A stretch of 62,502 bases of DNA, counting the filler, from Choristocarpus tenellus KU-1152 (taxonomy: Eukaryota; Protista; Phaeophyceae): assembly GCA_964200185.2 (NCBI GenBank). It is 13 parts of 13 records of this genome, joined end to end, with 100 filler letters (N's around TTAATTAATTAA, not from the genome) between each part and the next. Parts side by side here need not be neighbours in the genome. Positions count along the whole stretch, not along the records: positions 12,120 to 15,329 come from CAXNAD020021514.1; positions 15,430 to 19,227 come from CAXNAD020017865.1; positions 19,328 to 23,504 come from CAXNAD020015838.1; positions 23,605 to 27,362 come from CAXNAD020018106.1; 9 more parts are not named here. One strand, written 5' to 3'. Every line of letters begins with the position of its first letter. Position 1 is the first letter of the stretch. A program made the position numbers and the translations under genes. Below the pieces are notes generated by a model, which saw only the letters and a list, made by a program, of their open reading frames with translations, did no database searches and had not been told where the DNA came from. This document shows, in pieces, positions 12,991-24,991 of this stretch.

Positions 12991-13636
12991 TTATCTTGAC
13001 TCTTTTCTATATCCACAATTTGAATTATTTTGGAAGTGTGAAGTTGTATATGTAGGTGAACACAATTTCAACAGAAAAGAGAAAACAAATGACATCAACA
13101 TCACCTTTTACTAAAAACGTTTTCGTAGAGGGTCTTCAATAATTCTACATTTGAGAGCTATAACTAACAATGCTATCTGAGGAGATAGGGATATTTCTTA
13201 ATACTTTCTCATTATTGTTTGTTAGTAGGTCACATTTACCTACTTGACCACTTTTATTTCTATTAGAGTGTTCTACCACAATAAATAAAAAGCATAGATG
13301 ATGAAAGTGAAAGGCACTACCAACCGCGATTGGTTTGTGATAAAACTAAAAATATTCAAAAACAATATATAAAAATAGAGAAGCTTCCACACCCCTGAAT
13401 GTCAATTCTTTTCTAACCGTACCTCTTCTTTGAGGTCATACGTTCATTCCAACCATTTGGTCAAGATGACATGATTGTGGCACACTAGACATACTTTATT
13501 CTCTTGTCTCATGTTTTCCTTACCTTAGACAATTCAGTCCACTGATGCAGTAGTAGAGTACCTTTTGGGATACACACAAAGAGCATTATGTTTGACCATG
13601 ATACATCTCTATAACCCTTTACCTATATATTTTCAG

Positions 13637-13708
13637 GTTCTGTACCGGCGGAGCTAAGCGGACTAAGTAAAGTTGAGAGGCTCTCCCTCTCCAACAACCA
13701 GCTCACCG
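13637..13708 (+). CDS. Single 72-nt LRR exon of a multi-exon LRR protein (ROCO/LRR-GTPase or LRR-kinase type)
   Basis: tttcag|GTTCT...CACCG|gtgagt, exactly 72 nt, phase 1-1, encodes (G)SVPAELSGLSKVERLSLSNNQLT(G), one 24-aa LRR. Confidence 0.92.
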
Positions 13709-14781
13709 GTGAGTGTGATTTCTGTTGCTTTACTCCTGTTGGTAGAGAGAATGGTGTGTGGGGAATATAAATTCCATATTGAACAGTAGTTTGACCTCGC
13801 GGTTGTTTATATTCTGAGCGCTGTGTGGTGAGTCTATCCAATATCACCTCTTCTGTAATACATGTGAGTTAGTAATAATTGCTTGCAACTACAGTGGTAT
13901 AACCAGTTGTACCCTGTGTTGTTATATCAGCCTGTTTGTTGGAAATAATGTGCCCCATGCAACAGGTTTGAGATTAGAAGGATTTGAACTCTGTAAATAT
14001 CAGCATGGTTGAGCAGAGTAAGTTTATGTATTTCATTGTAGACTTGGAATATATGACCCTTCCTAATGGTTTAAATGAAAGTGATGAACCGTAAAATAAA
14101 TATCCACAATTTTTATTTAATGTCGCCTTTTGTTGTTGTACCGGTTGATTCTTATGTATAATGTAATAAATATAAATGAAGTGAAGCATTGATAAAATGT
14201 ATGAAAATTGTCACAAACGTATCACCTTACGATTTTATTCCATTCTCCTTATCCTACAAACCTCCAATAATACGCTGGACCTACCCTCAAATGACTATCT
14301 TTGTTGAAATGAAATTTGATCGGATCCTCAATCCTGATGCTTATATGAAGCAGTATAATATGTGTGTGCTTATTTTAACATTCAAGAAGTCAGTTTTACT
14401 CACATCTTACCCGTTTGCTTTTTTCATCAATTAATATTGTAATAATAAAATAGTTAAAACAGAGAGCAAAGATGTTTGTAGTCTAATACACAAACCCATT
14501 TAGCCAGCAATGTAATAAATAGAAAAACACCCTTCCTATCCCCCACCCCCCTCCACCTCCCTCTCTGGTTTGGGAGTATGTTCCCTCTGTTGATGTCCAT
14601 TTTTATTTTTTTATTGTCCAACTGATTACGAAAAAGGTTGATGAGCTTCTCAACATTGACAGTTGCATTTTTTTCAATTTATGGACCTGACCAGGCATGA
14701 ATGGAAAATGGTAGTGAATAATAAAATATAATTGAACAGTTCAATTTACTTTTTGAGTAGTACACGAGTGTTAGGTAGGAC

Positions 14782-15329
14782 CAGGTAAGGTATTTTATAG
14801 TTTCTTAACATTAGATATTTTCTCTCCTCCCCACTCCCCCCATCCTCCCTCTGTTGTAGAAATATAATATTTAACCCCTCTGTGATCTTCTGTCCGAGAT
14901 AAATTTGTTTCTTAGATGTATATTGTTGTCTGATAATATTGGCATTACCTACCACAGCTTACCTTACTTCTACCGTGGGCGCTAGGTCGAAACTCACACC
15001 GTTGGTGTCTAGCCACTTTCACAAACGGTAACAATTCCCTCAGTCCTCCACCATCTCCGTTTCTCTGTGTTGGGCTCAAAGTATCTGGGGGAGGGGGGGC
15101 GGCGGCTGTCCATTTGGGGCCAATATTTTCATGTTGCGATATTTTGATGATTTGTTTCTATGGTTGGGATGGATAATGAAAGTCCACTTTTCCTGGTTTT
15201 GGTTCAAATGGACACCCTGGTGTAGACCCTCCCCCCTCCCTCCCACCCCCCCTACAGATGCTTGAAGTCAGAGAGAAGATTAAGAGGCACTAAATATAAA
15301 TTGATTATAGAACTAGAGGTCAATTGTAC
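14782..15329 (+). repeat. Intronic block copy 2, contains MITE A at 15073-15269
   Basis: Colinear with 12447-12990 at an offset of about 2335 nt. Truncated by contig end. Confidence 0.9.
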
Positions 15330-15429
15330 NNNNNNNNNNNNNNNNNNNNNNNNNNNNNNNNNNNNNNNNNNNNTTAATTAATTAANNNNNNNNNNNNNNN
15401 NNNNNNNNNNNNNNNNNNNNNNNNNNNNN

Positions 15430-16030
15430 CTACAGACAGCAAGCAATCTCGCTGGGTTTATCACCTTTATCCTCTTTGATGATTTTGGGGATACTTTAAC
15501 ACATTCTCCATACCTTTTGCCAAGATATAAGTTTGAGTTTGATCCAGCGGCGATTCGCGATTCGGCATGGCCGCCATATCATCCAACCACCTGTTTATTT
15601 GGCTCATGCTATAATTCAGCCCCTTGGCAACCATCTTCATTGTCACCTGATGCACCGTGGATAACCAATTATTGGAGTTGATATTATGTATTGCGGCCGT
15701 CTTGGTAGGTGTGAGTTCCAAAGGCCACCCACTACGTGCTGCCACGCCTAGGTCAAGCGTGTGGCCACCGGCGAGCTGATTGGCGACGTCCTCCCAGAGC
15801 ACTCACATGTAACGCTCAGACACACCAAACTCCACTGCAAGGGCCACCCCAACATGTCGCGGCAGTTTATGATCACTAAGGACCATCGCGAGGGCGATCT
15901 GCACTGCAAGCACAACCCTGGTATTCAGGGACACTTGGGCACACTTCCTACACTGGAGGAGTCGACGGGGGGGTTGCCATGTCGACGTTCTGACCCTCAA
16001 CGTGCTCAGTTCTGGCATCAAAATCACCCC
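15430..16030 (-). pseudogene. Tc1/mariner transposase N-terminal half, degenerate
   Basis: LPRHVGVALAVEFGVSERYM*VLW (HTH), RSGWP, YSMSQINRWL, then frameshifted RWIKLKLISWQKVWR (xIKPxL linker). Runs off the contig before the DDD domain. Confidence 0.7.
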
Positions 16031-16213
16031 AAAAGACTCCTACTTTGATGGCTTGAAGCACCTCGAGCTTGTACCTGATGATCCTCGACCCCCAACTTTT
16101 CTGAAAGCTGAGATTATCAACCCGATTTCATTCTGTGGGTCAATCGTCCGAATCGGCGCCGATCTTGCTCGACAAGCACACATTTTTCGAGGCACAAACT
16201 TAAGAGCACATAG

Positions 16214-16249
<36 letters not shown>

Positions 16250-17589
16250 TATCTAGTGCACACACGAGCACCAACTCTCACGCCTCACTTGCAAAGAAGG
16301 GGTTGAGCAGGTGTTTTCCCGACTACACAGTATGCAGTGAATAAGGGAAAGGACAACGCATAGAGGTACCATAATTGTTTGTATTTAAAACAAAGCTGGA
16401 ATATTCCATCAGACACACTGCAGCATCATTTCAGAACGAGACATGAAGTTTCTGGAAAAAGTTCAATACTTTTGAAGTGTTTTCCTTCCATTCCATGACC
16501 TCATTTACCTCTTCCCCTTCAAATTCGTTATTTTTTAACCAGCATGGCCATTGGGGTTTGTACCCATATTTTTACACGCGATGGATATATTCCAAAAAGG
16601 CATTAAACATTATTCCGACTTTTTGAGTTCCTTTTCTTGATTTTTCTTATCACATAGTGATTCGAATTCATTCAAACAAGTTTGACAACAGAAATTGAGG
16701 AACTGAGTTCAATTGGTTATTTTTTCACAAGTATCCGCTCTTACTAATAGCACTTTGTGTACTTCTCAGAAGTTTCAACTCTGATCAGATACATGCATTG
16801 TAGTGTTTTTGACGATAAAATAATAGTGATCGAGCCTTTCGGTTTGTAATTCTTATCCTTCTCAGTACTTGTGCCTATTGGGTTTTGAAGATCTGTGATG
16901 GCAGGGGTGGTGACAGCAGTTGTGGAAAACAACGGTATTATAGCGAAATTGTGACAGAGTACCCCCATCGTGCGACCCAGTTTGTCCTCTAGCCTGCCAT
17001 CTAAAGCCAAACATACTATGGCATCCACTGCTTTGGATAGCTTTTCAACTTACATATATATACATGAACCGCATACACTGCTCTACAAAGATATATCTGA
17101 TCCCAAGTTGGAGTGTAGTTCTCTAGAATGTTTAAGGGAGGTCAGGGAATCCATCTTTTGTTAAATTATGTGTCCGCTCCGCTCCTTTCATCTACTCTCC
17201 CAACTCTGTGAAGAGGTCAGATTCCTCAGTTGGTATTTGTGAAACCAATCATTAGTTCCAGTAGAGAAGCCTCAGTGTTGCAAGGCAGTTTTCCTAGGAT
17301 GATATGTTTTCAATATTTCAATATTTTGTTATTCATACGTATATATACATATATATGTATGTATGTGCTTTTCTCATTGCAATCGCCTGCTCAGAGTGCT
17401 GAAAGCATTATGTATGCTTTGTGCTGGGAGGCATGGGATAGGCAATTGATATAGGCTGCTTTGGTCATGGATATTTCGGGATTTTTGATCGTATTCATTG
17501 ACACGAGACGAGAGACAGATCCCGAAATGAACTGTGTAACCCAGGAAAGAGGTACCAAATGGCAATAGATGTGATCTCAGAAGGTGAGG

Positions 17590-18090
17590 TGTGACATGGG
17601 AAGATCGGAACTGGCCAACCCTCTTGGGGGAATTCAGAGATGTTTTGTGCTCAGTACCCTTTGAACCAAAAACACACAGAAGTAACAAGTAAATATCTTG
17701 ATCGGGTCGTGCCAAAGCTGGCTCCGATTGCATCCCATGATCTTTGGACTGACACTCCCGAGGAAACCAAAGGTACATAATTCGATCAGTTTAGCGATGA
17801 TTCGATACGTCGGAATTGGGGACCTTCCTAGGACAAGTCAGAGATGTATTCTTTGTCTTTTTTGAAATATACGCCCAGAAGTAACATGTGTCTACTCTGA
17901 TTGGGACAGGCACGAGCTGACTCCAATTAAATTCTTTGACCCTTGGACGGACACTCCCAAGAAAATCATAGGCATGCTTGGATCAGTATAGAGGTTACTT
18001 GATAAATCGGAACTGGCGATTCCATAAGAATTACCTCATCCTCCAAGCGGTTTTGGATCTCTTGGTCTAAGCACCCAGGGGGTAACAAGT
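17590..18090 (+). repeat. Degenerate ~200-bp tandem repeat (about 2.5 units)
   Basis: CGGAA[C/T]TGG at ~17606, 17811 and 18008; CAGAAGTAACA at ~17677 and 17876; GACACTCCC at ~17751 and 17950. Confidence 0.7.
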
Positions 18091-18269
18091 ATATGACTCT
18101 GCAACACAACCGAGGTGAGAGATGATTTCTTTCATCCTAACTTATCACAATCGCCTTTGGTGAGCGTGAAACAGTTAAACGTAGCCCACTCTGTATATTA
18201 AGTGACGGCCGATTAGTGCAGTACTACTATTAGCCTGTTAACCGGTGCTAGTGGCAAATATATGCACCA

Positions 18270-18960
18270 ACACCCCTAAGGGGGAGGCTTCAAAGTCATC
18301 TTACAGATATAGTGTAAAATCTGTATATTGAGAATATATTGGTGAAATTACATACATTGACATGTGTGCGGTAGAAATGATAACCTGACGTACATGACAT
18401 ACGATAATCATGACTTTCAGCTTACATTGAAGGACACTTCATCCCCCTCAAGGGTATTTCGAGCCAGGAAAAAAATACTGCTTGAAGACACTCTTACATC
18501 CATCATAACTTCAAAGAACCCAGCATCAATTTCCGTTTGTTCTTGGTGACCAGGATTCGACACAACACAGACGCCGTCTTCGAGACTCATCATCAGCCTA
18601 CAGAATTCTGAATTGGAGCTATACATCTCATCAAGGTTAAGGTACTGCTGGGAGCGTCTTGAAATTGTGTCTCTCGTTTCTCCTACAGTCTCTAGACAAG
18701 GTATATTACTGAAGTGTCCCACAATATCTCGTGACGCATATTGTAAAAGGTACTGCTCGAGTAGTCTGTAGACCTCGCACCCAAGGCAGAGAGAAATGCC
18801 ACCGTGGTTTTGTTTCCAATGTTGTCCATTTGTGGGCTTCTGCTTTTGGGTTATCTCTAATGCTCCTACTTCCTCCGTTCGGAATGAAATGTAGCACAAC
18901 TTTTGCAAGCTCAGTTCTGGGCCAGGATCGACCCATACGATTAAACCTCTGGACAACATT
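18270..18960 (-). mobile_element. Old Ty1/copia RT-RNase H remnant
   Basis: RDIVGHFSNIP...QYL and EDGVCVVSNPGHQEQTEID resemble the RPDI..P..YL and DNxGA..NP.H..TKHID motifs. Downstream AGGGG-TGTTGG near 18270 looks like a PPT/LTR boundary. Confidence 0.4.
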
Positions 18961-19048
18961 TAGTTCTCAAATAGATTGGGAGGAGTGTAAAGGTTGATAT
19001 GGTAGGGGCTATCATGACTGTGGAAGATCACCAGTGCAAAGTCGACCA

Positions 19049-19227
19049 GGCTCAAAGTATCTGGAGGGGGTGGTGGCTGTCCATTTGGGGACAATTTTTT
19101 TCATGTCTCGATTTTTGGGTGATTTGGTTCCATACGTTGGATGGATACTGAACATGCACCTTTCCTGGTTTGGGTCAAAAGGAACACCCGGGATTGAACC
19201 CCCCCCCCCCCCCCCCCGAATCTTTTG
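19049..19227 (-). mobile_element. MITE family A copy at contig end
   Basis: GGCTCAAAGTATCTGG..GGCTGTCCATTTGG, the reverse complement of the 4098-4277 body. Confidence 0.85.
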
Positions 19228-19327
19228 NNNNNNNNNNNNNNNNNNNNNNNNNNNNNNNNNNNNNNNNNNNNTTAATTAATTAANNNNNNNNNNNNNNNNN
19301 NNNNNNNNNNNNNNNNNNNNNNNNNNN

Positions 19328-22300
19328 TCCCCAATGGGTACGCAGCAGGGAGGCGCTCGCACGACGCCTGGTACCGCTGCTCCACCTTCAGGATGACGTC
19401 TTTTGGAACGCTCTTGAGCTGGTAGGGTGGTGCATCTTGGAGACGAGGCGGATGGCCGATGAAGAGGTCGTGCGGAGGGGCGTTGGGGTCCATAGCAAGG
19501 TCTCCGCCTATCCCACTCATTCTGTGCTGTGCATGTATCGCTTTACGCTAACTTTCACCCGCCCATCACCGCCTTTTTCAACGCGAAAAGCCCTGTAGCT
19601 CGTGATGTTGGGGACGCGGTTGACGTGACCCCGAAGGAGTCCCTTGAAATTGTCCTCGTTCCGCAGGGTCTTGTAGTATACTGGAACCTCCGTGTAAGAG
19701 GCCTGCAGCTCTTCACCCAGCTGTGTTCTTGTGAATATGTATTTGACTTTTATTCCACGTGAGAATCTGAACGTGAAATGCAAGCAAGTTAATTTCGAGG
19801 CGGGGGTGAAAGAAGCGAAGTGGAGAAGCAAGATATATATGCAAGTACATACTCTGATGCATTTATATGGAAAAATGAATATAAAATTGGGTGATGCGTA
19901 CATTTTTTTTCATTGTTTTGTTTCGAGAGTATGTTACGAAACAGTTTTGGCAGCTGCTCTTATCGTTCAATTTTGTTGAGGGGAAATCAAAAGCCAATCG
20001 ATCAATTACAGCGTACGACCATAAACCTTCCAGGAATGCAACAAGCGTGAGCTGCAAGCCTCGAGGCTGTATCTGTCCATATAAGAACACTATGTGGCTA
20101 CCGAACTTGCATATCTTGCCTAATTACCTGGAGAAGATCTGATCGATTTTGATATGTGCGTGTGCCCCACCATCACAAAATGTATCTCGACCACACTAAT
20201 GACACTCGCCGCAACCAACAGCCCCGCGTATCCAAGAAAGAAATTTTTCTTGTTCTCTGAGACGCAGTTGTCGACCTGGCCAGTTTGGGGAGTTGGGAGC
20301 GAGGGAGGGATGGGCGTGAGGCCAATATTTCAGCCCATTTCGCCGCGTTTCGTGGAGAAACAGGATAGGTTTCCAGTATTGCTAGAGCGCAATCTCTACA
20401 TCACCGCCATCATACATGCAGGTTGCAACACACAAACCAAAACTAAAGACCGTGCAGTTAGTTACTTGGTGACGGTATTCAGCGAGTATGTGTTGAGTAG
20501 GTCGTGTCAAGATGAAACCTTCTTACCTGCCAATGCGCGTGCTGGATGATGCAATTCCCCGGGTCATCGAGGCTTTTGTGGTACTTGTCGATAAGTCTTT
20601 TGAGGGCAAGGTGGGTGGCTGTGCAGACAAGGTTACAACCTGCGCGAACAATGATGTCCGTTGTTAGTTGGCAAAAAGTACTCTGCTCATTCACGCATTG
20701 TTTATTTGGAGCTAAAAAGAGGGGGTAATGTAATTTGTTTATGCAATGTAGAGGACATACGCCCGTACGACTGATGTACATGTCTGCGATCTCCACCACC
20801 CGTTGATTAGCTCTTACGCTACTCTACAGTACGTACCTCCTCCAAGATTGATAGGAGTGAAGAACACCTCTGCGAACTGGCCTTCGACGTGTGCGGCCAT
20901 GATCTTCTGACGCTCGGAGTAGCCCCCAATAAGAGGGACATGAACGAAAGGAACATGTAAAGAAAGGTCATCATGATGAACGGAATAGGTAGTGGGATTA
21001 TGTGCGTTTGTTTTGGCGATTATTTCTTGGGACTTTGCACTCAGCCGTAGAATAAAACATGGTCGTCTATTCTGTTCCGCGTGCGGCTGCAAAGTTCTTG
21101 TCGGATGGACTATGCGTGCGTGTGGTTACCTGTCACTGCCGTGGGTAGGTGGGTAAAGTGCTGGGAGGGCGTGTACTGTCTGGTTCGCGGTGTCTACGGA
21201 CATGAGCACGAAGCCGAGAGGTTTGCCGTCGGCTTTGGCCCGCATGGCGTTGCTGGTGCTGTTTGCGATGACCAGCCGATCCGCTTTGATAATCTGGCGA
21301 ATGGGGGACAGCAACATCACGTGAATTAATCAAATAAATCTGCCCAGAGTTAAAAAAAAAATACGGCTTGTTAACACGTATCAGGTTAGTAACAAAAATG
21401 TAGTCTGGGTAACAAAATATGTTTGTATTGGGATATGTTTTTTATTGCTGTGTTCAAGACAAACACCAAGTTATCGGGATGGTAGGAAGTACGCACGTAC
21501 CGGGCCGGAAGACCGCTACATGACCTGTCCCTCCCACAGCCCGTTGTACACTACCAGGAAGCAGTCTATCGTACAAGGTGTTTGGGCAGCTAATAACAGC
21601 AAGTTTTGCGGTGAGTGAGGCTACTGCTGCTGCCATAAACACCTACGTGGGAGTCTTCATTCGCAAAAGGGCACAGATTTACTTCAAAACGGAGGGCAAT
21701 GACGGCGACATGCTGTCACTGTACCCTTGTTGCAAAATTATTGCTGGACACCTGCCTCTCGATGGTTTGACAGCTCCTTATCGATGGACTCGAGGATGGT
21801 GGAGTCGTTCATGGGTTTTACACCAGGCGTACCGTGCCGCTTATCTTTTAACGTGACACATATGTCACATTTCATAAACTCGCCTCCTACCCTCACCCGG
21901 GTGTTGGGCCTGTCCTCTCTGAGCAATCGGAGGAAGTACGCCTTGCTTACCCGCTTGGAAGGGTCGTCAGGATACACTCATATTGCCTCTTTGCAAAAAT
22001 CCTTGTATAGTTTCTAATTAAAATGTCGGTTGTGTGGGCAAGTGAGTAGTTATTGAGAAGGAACACTCGAAGAACACCCCTGCGATATCTCTCGAAGGCG
22101 GGCTGACGAATAACTTGACTGAGAACGCGGAAGACAGGATCAAGCAAGCTTACATCGTGCGTTACGAAAGAACAAATACAATGATCTGATTAAGTCTGCC
22201 ATGGGCGTCATTCTGTTCGGGCCTCACCGCCGTTTGCAGAGGCGACAAAGGAGGCGAATCTACCATCATCATCATCATCATCATCGCGAAGTGCTTTGGA

Positions 22301-23459
22301 TATACGAAGTACACACTTTTGCTACCAATGTCAGACCGGGCCCGGGGCCGCAGAGTATGTGTGCTTGGCGTTGAAATAACAGTTATTGTGTCTTCCTTCG
22401 TAAAATTGACAACGAGTATCATCATGAATATTGAAATATCGACATAGCAAACGAAAATGATAGCACTTTGTATGAATATTGACATGTTCTTTTAACCATA
22501 ATATCAGACCGGTCAAAGTAATGAACATCCACCACTTGAAATACTACTTAGATCCACCTTTTCTACGTACTGACGGGTCACACGGTTTGCATCTAACTCC
22601 AGCACAGGGTGCAGCCAGCCTCTCCACAACCAAGGGCAAGACCGACCTGTTTGTTCGCGGCGTAGATCACAATTGTTGACTTGTGAGGCATGAACTGCCC
22701 GTATGTATCAGTCCAGTAGTCTATCCAGGACAACACCAGGTCTCGCTTTGGAGCCAAGTCCTTATCTTTGTTCGTGCTGTTCCTGTTGTAGTAGCGCACA
22801 TATGTACATGAATGGATGGGATATGTGTTGGAGGTGGATACGAGGGACGGGGGATGGAATCCTAGAGGTATCGTATGCCAGCAGCGGATCATATACTCTG
22901 TAGATATTTATGCGTGGTACATGATGCAGCAGCACAGGGACAGTCGGATGAGATGATATTGTTGAAGCATGAAAAACGTATCGCACGTGCATATACATAC
23001 ATAGGTAAGTCATTACTCCACGCTGGAGGGATCTCTAGCTTTGTATATCAGAGATCTAGGCACGGTAACTGCAAAGTGAACCGGGTGAGTATGATCGGAT
23101 CACATTGTTCTCAGATAGGACTACTATTGTGTGTTTAAGCAGGGGGGAAATATACCGGGTACAAGTGACACTGTGTACATACTTCGAACCCACCTCTCCA
23201 CGCCGATGGATGCTCTTGCGTTAGTTGCACCCTTGCAAGCGTCGATGACATGATTGGATATCCCGAACGATTCCTTGAAAAATTTCGTACAGACGGGAAT
23301 GCCGGCCGTGAGCATAGATCCACATCCAGGTCCCAACTTAATCTCAGGTACACAGTCGCCAACGAAGTGCTTGTGATCGCCGCGGGTATCACACGCCCGG
23401 ATGATGCCCTGCTCTTTGGCCAAGGTCCATGCCAGGAAGGACTCGCCATCTGCCGCGAA
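19328..23459 (-). pseudogene. Sola-type DDD transposase, 8 exons / 7 introns, disabled
   Basis: Exons 23459-23194, 22782-22647, 22013-21756, 21293-21130, ~20925-20837, 20639-20527, 20275-20128 and 19766-<19328 splice in compatible phases. Motifs: VCTKFFKESFGIS, GQFMP, FMKCDIC, MSVDTANQ...LP, WQVDNCVSENK, FVMVGHTH/IKIDQIFSR. Lesions: TGA at 21978-21980, 2-nt insertion after GHTH, 1-nt deletion near 19518, and an apparently mutated acceptor near 20926. Confidence 0.85.
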
Positions 23460-24020
23460 CTATATAACCGATGTTGTATACTTGTTGTGTCAGCACAAAC
23501 AACGNNNNNNNNNNNNNNNNNNNNNNNNNNNNNNNNNNNNNNNNNNNNTTAATTAATTAANNNNNNNNNNNNNNNNNNNNNNNNNNNNNNNNNNNNNNNN
23601 NNNNGGGTATGTAAGTTTCCCTTTCCTTTTTTTTCCCCCCCCCTTCCCCCCCTGGTGGCCCCCCCCCCCCCCCCCCCCCCAGATATTTAGGCCTGATCCA
23701 ACCTTTTCTCACTGCACTCGCATCTGAAACTGAATCTCAGATTTGGGACGAAGACCCTTCCGGTGCAATACACTTCATCTACACCTATTCCGAGTCGGTC
23801 CTTAAGCGCTTGTACAAGTCCATGCTCAGGGCCCGCAAGTTTCTGCTCTGGGAACACCCCAAAACTACGGTGGCTACTCTGGGGCTTCTGGAAATAAGGA
23901 GGCAGTGCCTTGATCCTAAAGGGCCGGTCAATTTCCCGATCAACCACACCCCGAGTTAGGCGTTCGGGTTTGTTTTTTTTCGTATTGGTAGTGGTAGGAG
24001 GCGATTGCACACATATTTTG

Positions 24021-24991
24021 TTTAGGGTTAGGGCTAGGGTTAGGGTTTGGAACCCTCCTCAGTTTGTCGTGTGCTCTCTTTTTTGTTTGGGTTTAGGGCT
24101 AGGGTTAGGGTTAGGGTTTGGAACCCTTGGTTCGGTGTGTGTGCTCTTTTTTGTATTTTTTTTCTGTTGGTCTTGACTACCCCTTAGTAGTACTCCATGG
24201 TGCCAGGTCGATGTTGGGAGTCCCCTCCTGGGGTGAGCCCTGTGACAATGCTATATATCATCCCATCCAATGCAGCGATGGCGTTGAGGTTGGGAAGGAG
24301 TGAACTGACTGACTCTCTGTGGGAGTTAAGAGTTCCGTTATGTGCCTTGTTGAGTGAGGGGGTGTGGACAGGTTGATAGGAGGATGTGTGTCTACGTATT
24401 TTAACCTTGCTTGTATGGATGGCCCTCACAAAGTTATATGCTTGTGTGAAAAGGAGAGTTTTTTGAGGAGGACAGCGAGAGGGATGACTTGCTTGACTGA
24501 TGCCCTTGTGCTTCTGTTTGAATGTGTGTGTGTGTGTGTGCGTGCGTGTGCGTGTGTGTGTGTTTGATTGCCTTATTACAGAAATTGATTGTGTTGCGTG
24601 AGTGTCTAATAAGGAGGTTGATTTTTCGATTTGATTCTGTAACTAGGAAGGGGTTTTAAACGTTCTAACCCTAACCCTAACTCGAGGGCTGTTACGGTGT
24701 TGTCTGTTATTTTAGTTTGCCCTTGTCACCCTGTAGAATTTGAGAGTCCACTTTTAACGGGCGTGTCGCTGATAAAATATTAGTAATATTTTGTGAACTG
24801 ATAATATTAAATTGAGTTCATGCTTTTGTTGGTGCATGGTCTAGCGATGAGACTACTCTCATCGTAATGTAATCTAGCCACACCATTGGGAGTTTTTTCA
24901 ATCTTTCACAGAGCGGATGATGGAGCGGGCATGCTACTAATAAATAATAACTAATACCCGGGAGTCCTCTCCAAGGGTTAGGGTTAGGGTT
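24021..24991. repeat. Short interstitial TTAGGG/CCCTAA tracts
   Basis: Runs at 24021-24045, 24091-24117, 24665-24680 and 24974-24991; shorter ones near 25451, 25918, 51078 and 55133. Confidence 0.8.

Noticed and set aside
24190-24500. PHD-finger-like Cys pattern
   Set aside because: Too few conserved ligands and interrupted by stops.
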